NCBI GenBank assembly: GCA_965235115.1
Contig: OZ249436.1
Coordinates: 34,100,001-34,164,000, forward strand
Reading direction: 5' to 3'
Length of the DNA: 64,000 nt
From: Laetmonice hystrix
Lineage: Eukaryota
The translations under genes were made by a program, and so were the position numbers. Below, in pieces: positions 54,001 through 64,000 of this stretch. The notes below the pieces were generated by a model. That model saw only the letters and a list, made by a program, of their open reading frames with translations, was not told where the DNA came from and made no database searches. The stretch's first letter is position 1. Each line of letters opens with the position of its first letter.

Positions 54001-55100
54001 GAGTTCAGAGGTCATTTACCTGATCTCGTGAAACTTTCCTATCTATCCACTTTGGGGTCTGCAATCGGGGGTGTTAATGGAAGCCATAATTAGGAGAGGT
54101 TAAACTAGCAAAGGTGTAAACGTGGGACGGGTCAGGTTACCATGCCACATTCATGGTACATTATAAAGTCTGCACCATTGGCAAAATCTCATCGTATGTC
54201 GAGTACATGTTTCAACTCGGCTTGACCCTAGTGTAGACCCCAAGTGACACCAGTGACCTAGGTCACGACTCCAACACTTGTACGCTGACCTTCAGTCCAC
54301 AGGACAAACATGTCCAGCGACAGTCCTCCCGCAAAAACAAACCTTGCCCCATCGACTTTACAACCAGACCGAGCATGTACCAGTTATACGACTCCTGTTT
54401 GTGTCTCGGTATACGGCCTGGAGATGTATCAGAAGGTCTTCCTGTTGGCTGTAACTGACTGTCGGATCTCGTTATGGAGCAGGTTGGCCGGTTACGTGGT
54501 GAGAGAGTCTGAAGTCTGCCCGCTGTTACCATCGTATGGAAGCGATCGGCTCGGTGCGGTAGAGATCTTATAGTGATCAGCAGAGGAGGAGAAGGAGGAG
54601 GAGGAGAAGGAGGAGGAGGAGGAGAAGGAGAAGGAGAAGAAGAAGGAGGAGGCTGGGTGTAGGTAGAGAACCCCAGGTCGACCGACCACTGTTGGCTTGT
54701 CAGTAACACTACCAGTTGGGATGTGTCGGGGGTATGTAGCAAGAGGGGTAGCTGTTGAAAAGGGGTAATAAACAGGGTCAGGGGTGGCAACCGCAGGGTC
54801 GACCTGCGAGGCCGAGGCAAACAACGCCAGAGGCCGGGGGTCAGTGACTGTAGGCTTGAATCCGTACACAGTAATTGTGACCTTTTGCCGCGGTGGGCAG
54901 CACTTGACAAGCACCAGGCCGTGTATATATAATGTAGCACCGTGCAGTAACTCTTGAAGAGGGTCTTCACCGTCCGGCTGGCTACATGGACGTCGGCACC
55001 TCCCCCACCCACCCTCCCACCATACCCACTCCCAGACACGGGGCAGTTCTCTTGAGGGACTCGCCGAAACTGGGTGATAATTCAAGGGCTTTGACCTCAC
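54000..55100 (-). mobile_element. Decayed L2/CR1 copy with long open frame
   Basis: ORF 54263..55039: WCLSS..R, DSS..LTPG, LPP..LF..QLP, PDTSQL, SQQWSVD, PPLLIT..RADRFHTMVT in co-linear order. Confidence 0.65.
54583..54652. repeat. (GAG/GAA)n microsatellite
   Basis: Directly visible; encodes the poly-P/S tract of ORF 54263..55039. Confidence 0.95.
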
Positions 55101-55149
55101 GCTGACCTCGCTGCGAAGAGTCTTGACACTGCGGTATCACGGGTAGATA

Positions 55150-56170
55150 TAGTAAATCAATTACAATATACCCAAGTGTTGCGATCTGTGTACATGTCAA
55201 TCAAAGATCGACGGAGGTGTCACTCAGAGTTTTATTATCACAGGTCGTTTTCCTGTTTGTGACCTGTGGTGTATGTGTCTGTGAGGACAAACACCGGGGC
55301 AGACCCCCTCTGTGCCATACCTGGGTATGCGACTGGTGCCCTAGCGCTCCGAGGTGATGGGGTGTAATTATCCTTGGTAATGTAGTGGAATCATAAAAAG
55401 GTAGATGGTTGAAATGATAAGGAGTTGTTTAGTACCGACGGAGGACATGGTATATCTGTTTGATGATGTGATTCTTGGTGTGATTTATACACAAGGCAGT
55501 AGGAGCGGGTATAAATGTCGGGCCTTATTACCTTTACCTCAATATACAGCCACATCACCTGCATGGAACACTGAATCTAGCTGTGCTTTCAGGTCCATTT
55601 TTTTAGTTGTTTCTGCCGATTTTAATCATAATCTGCTGCATAAGTGCTCTTTGTCAAATATATCATGAATGATGAATTGTTGAGCAAGGTGTTATAGGGG
55701 GAAACGTTTTGTTGGTATAGAAGTTCCTTGGAGCGGGCGTACTTCGGCTGCATGTGTATAGAAGTATGTGTATAGCCGGCAGGCTGGAGGTATTTCCTCC
55801 AGTGGTGATCGCAAGCACTTTCCCACGCTTCCTTTCCACCCTCAGGTGCCAGAGGGAATCACGGGGGTCAGTGTGTTAGTCTGGCGGCCATCTGTGTCGG
55901 CGATCTGTACAGGTGACTTTGATATGATAACTGTCAGTGGCCGAGTGGTCGGGAGTAAACCGTAGACCCGGCCGACGCTGGGGTGATGATGGGGATCTGA
56001 TTGCCCCTGGAGTGTCACTGGAGGCACGGCTGATGTATGCGGCTCCGGGTGGCGGGCCGGGGAGGGCCGGGCGGGATGGAAGTGGCCAGCCCAGCCTCCT
56101 TCTGCCAGCCTCATCATTCACACCTGGACGTTCCCTATGGGCTCGCTTCCATTGACGCACCTGCGCTGAA
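55150..56170 (-). mobile_element. Decayed L2/CR1 copy
   Basis: DP..YGLLPTT..ADTDG (55842..56117) ~ DPxQYGxxPxxSTT..EATDG. Confidence 0.45.
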
Positions 56171-56179
56171 CGTCTTCAA

Positions 56180-57200
56180 TCCAAAGCATTCCAAGATCGG
56201 TTCACAAAGCTGAAGTCGCCTTTAACCAGGATGTGTTCTGTTGCTAAGTAGACGAGCTCACATGCTTGATTCATTTCTGGTATATATTTTTTGAAATACA
56301 ATCTAGTGGCTTCAATATTTTTGGGTGGTTTCTGAGGTCTGTTTACATGAGGTCTGGTTTTTTAAAAGATGATATGTAACATATACAGGTACATGATGAC
56401 ATAAGTATTATCTGCTTTCAAGAGTTGTTGGGGGTGGGGATCGGGTTGGGGTGGGGAGGTAGTAGGAAAGCTGCTGTAACGGTGAGCCTGCAACGTGCCA
56501 CCGGAGTTTAATGGGGTACTTGGCTGTGGCCTGTGGGCCTGGGGTGGGGCTGGGGTTGGGTCCATACGGCACAGCTTGTCTGGAGACAGGGGGCACAGCA
56601 ACATGTGGTCTACGTAAGGAAGCGCAATATGCAGGTAATCTGCGGGTCTCCTGGGCGGCGGGGATCAACCTGGGTGGTGGTGGTGGGTGGTGGTGGTGGT
56701 TAGGTGGTGGAGGGACCACCACCACCGCCGCTGGCTCCACTTGCCTCAGGCAGTCGGCGGGGTGTGTGGTGGATTCAGAGATGACTTGTAAAAGAGTCCA
56801 CATTTCAGTGGTGTGGAGAGGCTGCGTTGAGAAAGTCTTTCCATTGAGAGCAGCTGTGGGGATGCTGGAAGAGGTACCGGCTCTGTCGAATCGTTCTCCT
56901 TCCCCTCCTCCTTCCTCCCTCCTCCTTCCTCCTCAACCAGACGTGAGCAGAGATGAAGTTTTGGGGATGTGTTTGTGAAGCAGTCTGACATGATACACAG
57001 GTAGAGAAGATGACGAGCAGTTAGTTGTATGACGTGGATGGTTGTGGGGAGTGAGTGGTGTGTGTAAAAGTGTGATTTTGTGTGCTCATACTAAAATTTG
57101 AGTTCTGTCATGGAATAAAGAGCGTTAGCAGCTTCATCTCGTCATCTGCATGTCTGTCTCTCTGTCTGTTTTTTTCTATGTGTATTTTATAAGGTTACCA
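56180..57200 (-). mobile_element. Decayed L2/CR1 copy reaching the ORF2 end
   Basis: ER..LSTPLKC (56746..56991); YCASLRRP..PPV (56408..56803); DFSFVNRSWNAL (about 56180-56220) ~ SFxNRxxxxWNxL. Confidence 0.5.
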
Positions 57201-57249
57201 GTGCTGAAGTAGTTGTTGAAGTTTAGGTAACTATACTGCTGCTGAGGCT

Positions 57250-58400
57250 GTGAAACCTGATCGTTGAATATATAACAGACTTCTCGTATCAATTATACTC
57301 TGACCTATCATGTGCACTCAGTCTGAGTGGTTCAGGGATACCTTTCATGAAGATACATGAAATGAGATCGGCCAAACGCCTCATATGTTTTTTATACCAT
57401 GAGGCACACCTTCTTTTATGGCAGTAGAAAAGAGAACATTTTAAATGTACTTCTAATTTGTAGGTCGGGTGTCTTTCAGATTTATAGAAATCCAATGTAA
57501 ATATCCATATCGTCCGATCATTATTTGTGCCACGTGCCATTCCTCAGGCGTGAGATCCGAGGAGGTCTGACGGTGGGTGTTCCCGTAGACAATGGAGTTC
57601 TCCAGGCAGTACATCCACACAGCTATAGCCCTGGAGGAACAGAGTGACCGGATCCCGCATTTATCGGTTCCCGATGGCACCAGCCATCCATCACCCAATT
57701 TGCTACAGGCTATTTCGTCTCTTTCTTATCACCTCACCTCTGACCTGGCCGTCTTTCTACACCTCAGCCTGGCTCGAGACATGTCCACAACATTCCTCCC
57801 ACACACGCCCTCTCAATTTATCCCAGCACCAGTAATACAGCTCTGGCATGTCCTTTTGGATTGCTTGAAACTGGATCGAGTCGAACTCTTAAAAATTCCA
57901 AATAGGTCAAATAGAATTATGCCTGTCTCTCGGGAAGACCCCAGTATTATGATCCGTTAGGCTTCATAACCTTTGATCACAACTTTTGGTTTAGTCTCCC
58001 CCCTCATTTCACAGTCCTCTTGAAATGATATTTTATTGGGAAGAATTTATCACTTATTATGGTAAATTGTTTTTGTCGAACCCATATGATCAATTCTGAA
58101 TTGGATGAAAATATATTTGTATAAAAAGACAGAAATGAGGTCTTCCTAGAAAGTCTTGTCATATGTACGCGCCTTATACCAACACCCCTATACATATGTC
58201 TGTAAAGATAATAAAGCCAGGCAGTATGTCAATGTCAGACATTTGGTGATACGCTGTAAATAATATCGTCATAAAACCTTTAGCAAAGATTATGGATCAC
58301 CCGTCTGCACGAAATGTGTATTTGCTTATGGAGAAACGTGCTATAAAACACATGCCATATGAAAACGATGCCACGGAAATTCAAACTCGCGGATTTCCGT
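57250..58400 (-). mobile_element. Decayed L2/CR1 copy
   Basis: IIWVRQKQFTIISD (58004..58195); TSSDLTPEEWHVAQIMIGRYGYL (57453..57698). Confidence 0.55.
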
Positions 58401-58499
58401 GTTTAAATTGCAGCAGGTGGCTTCTGTAAATGGGTAACATCTTGGATCTGTCGGAGGATAAATGGTTCACCGACGGGATCAAGGTGTAGGGAATGGTAG

Positions 58500-59700
58500 G
58501 GATGTCATCCTGATCCAGCAGACAAGCCGGACTGACTGACTGATGGAGACAGTCTCATCCCTATACACAACCCCCTCCGGGTTTTTTTTTTGCAGTCCTC
58601 TCATCTTGACGTTTCCTGTAGACATGGAGGCGACCAGGAGCGAAGTGAAATGTTTGTGGCTCGCTCAGGCCCTCTGAACTTTGACATTACCCGCAGCAAG
58701 CCGGGTCAGATGAAAAACAAGAGGCGAGGGGAATGGGTAATGATGTACAGGTTATGAAACGCAAATGTTGCTGTACGGGTGATTGCATCAGTGCATACAT
58801 ATCCCTGGAGCTTTTGGCACTCCTCCCCCATACATGTTAAAACAATCTGTCATTAGCCACAACAGCGCTGTGCCAGCATGATAGGGCTTGACCTTTCCAC
58901 CGAAAGGTCAACCTGTTCTATACGCAGGGGTCAGCGGTAACATGATGGTCGTTTACTTTAGCTTTCCCGCCTGTGTCATATCGCGGATGTATTATATATA
59001 GAGGGCCACAATCGCACACATGTTTGCACACCCATATATCCCTGTTGGCACCACCCGCTGCGGTCAGACAGCCCCATCAACTCCACCCCAGCGGGGGACT
59101 GGGATCCAGGGTCAGCGACTAGAATGGAAAGGTCCCCGGGGTCAGCCGAAACATTTTGGGGCGAGTTATCGCCCTGTTGATATCTGGGGGCCGTCGGCCT
59201 GGGCTGTCGGCTCACCTGACACAGCTGGGTGATACACGGCCTCGGCCCAGCCTCCACACCTGGGAACCAAACCGTTACCGCCCCAACCCCGGGTAGAACA
59301 TACAGATTATACTATCAGTCTGGTCACATGGGTTCAGCGTTTATTTACCGAGCGGGTCACTTTCCATTTACACTTAGGAACGAAGATTGATTGCTTTACA
59401 TGCATGTGGAGTTAATCTTGATTTGTTGTACAAAAAGGTACATTTCCAAAAAGGGTTTTGACAAATCACTCCTACGCACATGTTGATATGGGGGATACAG
59501 TTTGGAATGTTCACCGTTAAAGATACATGTTTGTATTATACAGGCTTTGTCAATTGGATCCAGCCGACCTAGCAACTTAAATTAGCGACGTCCTTAAATA
59601 AGGACCTTTAGTAAAACCGGCCAGCATGATCCTTCGTATAGCCGAAGAGGGCATTTCAAGAGAACCTCTGCGGGAATAATTCCACTAAATAACTGTTAAA
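58500..59700 (-). mobile_element. Decayed L2/CR1 copy
   Basis: LSDRSGWCQQGYMGV (58976..59257) ~ LDxIxxWCxxNxMxL. Confidence 0.4.
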
Positions 59701-60800
59701 TATTCTTAGATTAACCTTTTTGTATTGATGATATCCTCGGTATGGTGTACAGCTGCTGACCACACGATCCCTCACTGTGTCACCCAAGGCTTAGATTTTC
59801 AGATTGCGCTACCTCAAGCATAAATCCCCCGGGATCTGGGTATACATATTCACATGTACCCCATCTGGCATTATTTTAATTGGACCCTTAACAATTGGTT
59901 CCTCTTATTGAGTAGACAGTAGGGGGACTTGATCTTTGGTTTGGTTGCCTACAGTTGACAGTTGGAGAAGCCACTTTGGGCTCAAGGATCAAGTTAAGTG
60001 GGAATATGGCTCAAAGATAGCATGGTAGAAAGCTAAGCTTAATCAAGTTTGCCCTTCTGAAGTAGAGGCCGCTGGGCTGGCGGCATGTTCTTAGCCACCC
60101 AGGTTGTCCCCACATGTGCCAGCCAAGCCCCCAGCAGCCAAGATGCTGGCTAATTAAAGGTCAGTATATAGAAATGTAGGGGTCACCACAGGTGATGGGG
60201 CCTGTTAGCACTGCCCTGATGTGAGCTCGCCCCTTCTTCGTAGGCCCGAGGGCAATGAAACGCCCACACGAGAAAGCCCTTCCATACGCTAATCTGTCTC
60301 CAAAGGCGGGAAAATGATTTTGACGATTGGGAGATAGAAAGGGAGAATGGAAACACTTCGGGAGACTGAATCTGATGTAGTGTTGTTGCCTCCTGAACGG
60401 TTGGTGTTATCTGAGTAGTAAAAATACGGATCCTATAACATATTTCCCGCTTGAATCTTGACCGTTTTAGAAACTCCACCAAGTTCAGCTCCATGACTGT
60501 GATGGCGGAATAACTTGAGAGAGCAGAAAGCCCACATTTGAAATCTTTGAAAATCTCTGAAATCCACATCTTTATTTTTGTAGGTTTTTTTTATAAAGAC
60601 CTCCCAAGATGAATTATGGTTATCTTCCTGTAGAGACTCGATACACATAGATTTCTGTATTACGGTTACCGTAATAACACCCTCTCTCTTTTTCTCTCTC
60701 TCTCTCTCAACTTCTCTCCCCCTCTGCATGCAATCACGTGGTCAAATGTAATCTAGTAATTAACGCCACCTAATGAGAAAACAGGCTTCTTATCTAGGTC
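59700..60800 (-). mobile_element. Decayed L2/CR1 copy
   Basis: VMELN..K, EVFPF..SIS (60183..60569). Confidence 0.35.
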
Positions 60801-60899
60801 AAGGGTCAGTCACGGAGTTATGAAAACACCCAGAGATAAAAGTTTAGGACAAAAGTCATGGCAAAAATAATAGGGCATCTTTACAATGTCTGATGTCTG

Positions 60900-62000
60900 A
60901 TGTCTGTCCTCTGTGATTAGGTTTTTTCCCCAATGTGTTTATATCCCTGAGTCGTTTCCCAATATGTAAATATCCCTCTGGGTCGCAAGTTTTGAACGTA
61001 ATTCTATAAAAACTACTGTACATGTAGGCCAATCAAACAAATAGTTTAATTCTGACTACCACCGACTACTATCACTGCCCTGTGGTTGGTCTGTGTGTGG
61101 CCTCCTGACATTGCACCGACAACTTTCTCTCGCGTTTCTTTACAACAGGATTGAAAACGTTAATTCTGGTACCCAGGAAAAGAAAATACCCTTGGACCAT
61201 CTGTAAGGTAGCTTGGGTCATGTGGAGCAGATGTAGATAGACTCTGACTACAGGCTTCTAGTATTTTTACCCCCTTTATCTTTTTTTAGCAATGGTAGGA
61301 ATCCTAGTCCTAGACTTTCAACTCAGATCATGGTGAAAATTCCTAATCATTCTCCATGGTGACCTTTGGAGAAATATATAATACGACATGAGAAACACTT
61401 CAGTGCCGGGTGACTGGATAGGTGCTTGTATCGAGGGCATGTTTCGGAATCTTCTCCAACCCAGAGGTGCACAGTTCTGATTGACAGAAAGTGTAATACT
61501 AGAGCACGAGTCAGACATTTAACACGTAACATATGTCAGTACCTTGTGTAGTTTAATGAGCAATGTGCTCCTCTAGGCATGAGAGATTATCGTACAGCTG
61601 TAAGCAAAGTAACAGTGCCTGTCTACTTTTTCAGGTACTAAATATCCCCCATTGCTCCCGAGACGTAAAACATTGCAAGACGCGGAAACATTTGGTAGTC
61701 TAGTCGCAGTCGGAATGGTAGAAAGCAGGCTATATTATTACTTCCACTATTAAGGAAATGTTTATCAGGTTACCTTCTGTTTCATGTGAGTATAGGTCTA
61801 AGAAGTAGTATAAGAATCAGTTGCTTGGGCCGATAGTTTCATCTATAGGACTGAGAACTCACCACTATGACCACTGATGATATAAAGGAACTGCTTCTAA
61901 AGATCATGCAACCGCGTCGGGATTCACAAGAACACAATATTTGTGTACATGTACCTGTGTCCTTTCTCTTTCTGCATGATAACTATTTAATATTCAATGA
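60900..62000 (-). mobile_element. Decayed L2/CR1 copy
   Basis: HFLSIRTVHLWVGEDSE (61347..61532) ~ SFLSNRTQRVKVGxxxSEW. Confidence 0.5.
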
Positions 62001-62577
62001 AGCGTAACTATATCACTGAGAACTTATATCACTGAGATCACTCAATCAAAACCACATCTGGGCAGAAATAATTCAATGGCTTCAGTGAGGTTTCTATACA
62101 GGTACACGAATACACCTGAGGTATATAGTGGTATATTTTTGGGTGTCAGGTGCTCAGCCTGGGTGGGCTTCCCGGCCCTCCACGAACAAATGAGTTGTAA
62201 CTATCAACATCACTGTCAACACCCCCCCCCCCCCGAGACGCTACCAGCGCCTCTGTTTTTAGGAGGGACCTGAGGTGATGAGTACAATGAACTCTCACAG
62301 ACACCAAACTTGAGCAGGTAAGTCAGCCAACGTACGTCAGGTGTGGTATGTCTTGAACTGCCTCAGGTTCTCTCTGACCAATTAGTGTGTTTTATACATC
62401 ACTCTGTTGATCTGTGGGACGTATTGAATAAATATGTTCTTCTGAAGATTGCACTGCTCAATGGGAGATAGTATTCCGAATCCTGATTAGTTGCCATGGT
62501 GAAATTATATACACGTCTTGTTCTTCGTGATATCGAGAGAATATTACGATGTGATGTTTATGATTTGATGTGATATT

Positions 62578-62726
62578 GCTCGGTCACGTGACCACCTGTT
62601 GACGCTCGGTCACGTGGGGTGCTGACCTTTGTGACTTCCTGTCGGTTCCGCTTTCCCGAGGCGAAACTGAAACGTTCAGGACGATACAATGTACAAAGGT
62701 CTTCATTGAGTCCCCTCATGGTATGT
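62578..62726 (+). promoter_or_regulatory. Candidate Pol II core promoter and first exon (tandem GTCACGTG E-boxes, ETS-like site, ATG|GTATGT donor)
   Basis: gctcggtcacgtg twice (62578, 62604); palindrome ggtcacgtgacc 62582-62593; acttcctg 62634-62641; CpG-rich ggttccgctttcccg; ATG 62718-62720 immediately followed by gtatgt. Strand inferred only from the donor site. Confidence 0.45.
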
Positions 62727-63136
62727 AATATTAAAGTATGTATACATATTATATCCTTGGTGTGGGAGCCTGAGTATATAAAAGTATAATGCACTAGTAG
62801 CTTAATTATTATGATATAGTTTTGTACTATTTCAAGAATACCAAGAAAGTCAACATTGCATGCGGGCCGAACATCACTAGCATATGTTCTGTGACTTTAG
62901 GAACAAAGTTATAGCCACTGTTTTGACTGGCCGACATTCCAACCACACAGGTTAGAGGGGAAATATATGAGGCGGGGATGGCAAGCAGTTCGTTGTGAAA
63001 GATCTATTGGTAGGACACCCATCGTCCCTTCAGTCGCACCTGTTTGTAGCCATGCAAGTTTTGGCTGGAATGATAGTCACAAAGATGAGAGTAGCATAGG
63101 TTTTGTCGCCCTGGAAGCGTTTGAAGCCAACCACTT

Positions 63137-64000
63137 GATATTCGCATTGGTGCTGGTCTGGGACTGCTAGTTACATATTACATAGGCTGGTCTGCTCATC
63201 TGGTTGTTTCTGCTCATCTGGTTCAGTCAGTCAAGTGATGATAGAGTTGGTGCTGGTCTGGTTCAGCCAGTCTCATGATATAGGCCTCATGATATCATAG
63301 TTGGTGCTGGTCTGGTTCAGCCAGCCTCATGATATAGGCCTCATGATATCATAGTTGGTGCTGGTCTGGTTCAGCCAGCCTCATGATATAGGCCTCATGA
63401 TATCATAGTTGGTGCTGGTCTGGTTCAGCCAGCCTCATGATATCATAGTTGGCGCTGATCTGGTTCAGCCAGCCTCGTCATAGTTGGTGCTGGTCTGGTT
63501 CAGCTAGATGATATTAAAGTTCGTACTGGTCTAGTTCAGCCGGCCTCATATCATAGTTGGTGCTGGTCTGGTTCGGCCAGCCTCATGATATAGGCCTCAT
63601 GATATCATAGTTCGTGCTGGTCTGGTTCAGCCAGGCTCACATCATAATTGGTGCTGGTCTGGTTCAGCCAGGGTCATATTATAGTTGGTGCTGGTCTGGT
63701 TCAGCTAGATGATATTATAGTTCGTACTGGTCTAGTTCAGCCAGGTTCATATCATAGTTCGTGCTTGTCTGGTTCAGCCAGCCCCATAACATAGTTGGTG
63801 CTGGCCTGATATCATAGTTGGCGCTGGTCTGGTTCAGCCAGCCTCATATCATAGTTGGCGCTGGTCTGGTTCAGCCAGCCTCATGATATCATAGTTGGTG
63901 CTGATCTGGTTCAGCCAGCCTCATCATAGTTGGCGCTGGTCTGGTTCAGGTAGATGATATTATAGTTCGTACTGGTCTAGTTCAGCCAGGCTCATATCAT
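63137..64000. repeat. 35-54-bp minisatellite (atcatagttggtgctggtctggttcagccagcctcat), continues off the right edge
   Basis: Monomers at 63247, 63301, 63355, 63409 (54 bp), then 40, 35 bp and others; variant gttcgtactggtctag recurs at 63519, 63720, 63965; degenerate copy at 63147. Confidence 0.96.

Larger units (their letters stand above)
500..62000 (-). mobile_element. Head-to-tail array of about 48 degenerate L2/CR1-group LINE ORF2 (RT + C-terminal) segments
   Basis: Minus-strand translations repeatedly give, in the expected order, echoes of the remembered consensus KAxGPDxIP, DLRPISLT, DPxQFG, DFxKAFD, FLxxRxQRV, GVPQG, INDL..YVDD, WxxxNxMxLN, LGVxISxDLxW, IRPxLEYAxPVW, LExIQKRALRI, HxLHxLLP, RTxRFKNSF. 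Clearest: QSDDLTTITYRGL (37996-38034), EKIQSRAFRLSFG (ORF 12760..13065), SSDLTPEEWHVAQI (57453..57698), FLSIRTVHLWVGEDSE (61347..61532), WLTVNG (14290..14544). Confidence 0.72.

Noticed and set aside
62250-62323. Perfect-looking 55-bp exon (tttttag|...cag|gtaagt)
   Set aside because: All three frames contain stops and there is no supporting neighbouring exon; could only be non-coding, and chance is likely.
1-64000. tRNA, rRNA, SINE or intact transposase/RT genes
   Set aside because: None recognised by eye; no ORF above 258 aa. tRNAscan-SE, Infernal and RepeatMasker were not run, so small RNAs or SINEs could have been missed.

Overview
This looks like eukaryotic (probably marine-invertebrate-like) non-genic DNA with one 129-N assembly gap. 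I find no credible intact protein-coding gene, rRNA, tRNA or CRISPR array. The main signal is that, from about 0.5 kb to 62 kb, the window reads as a near-continuous head-to-tail chain of about 48 heavily decayed copies of one region of a non-LTR retrotransposon ORF2 (L2/CR1 group). That region runs from the pre-RT KAxGPDxIP motif through the RT core to the ORF2 C-terminus. Copies are about 0.5-1.8 kb, almost all on the minus strand, with two apparent plus-strand copies. I recognised no endonuclease or ORF1 remnants. This chain coincides with a roughly 1-1.5 kb alternation of GC-rich and AT-rich blocks. Younger tandem repeats are superimposed: a 24-bp array with higher-order structure, a nested-palindrome cluster, a 138-bp duplication, a 64-bp minisatellite, and a 35-54-bp terminal minisatellite. 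A candidate housekeeping-type promoter and first exon sits at about 62.6 kb, where the chain ends. All retroelement calls are by-eye matches to a remembered L2/CR1 consensus. Boundaries are approximate (about +/-150 bp), and I caught myself making false-positive matches, so single-copy calls are moderate confidence while the repeated co-linear pattern is stronger. An HMM search is the decisive test.
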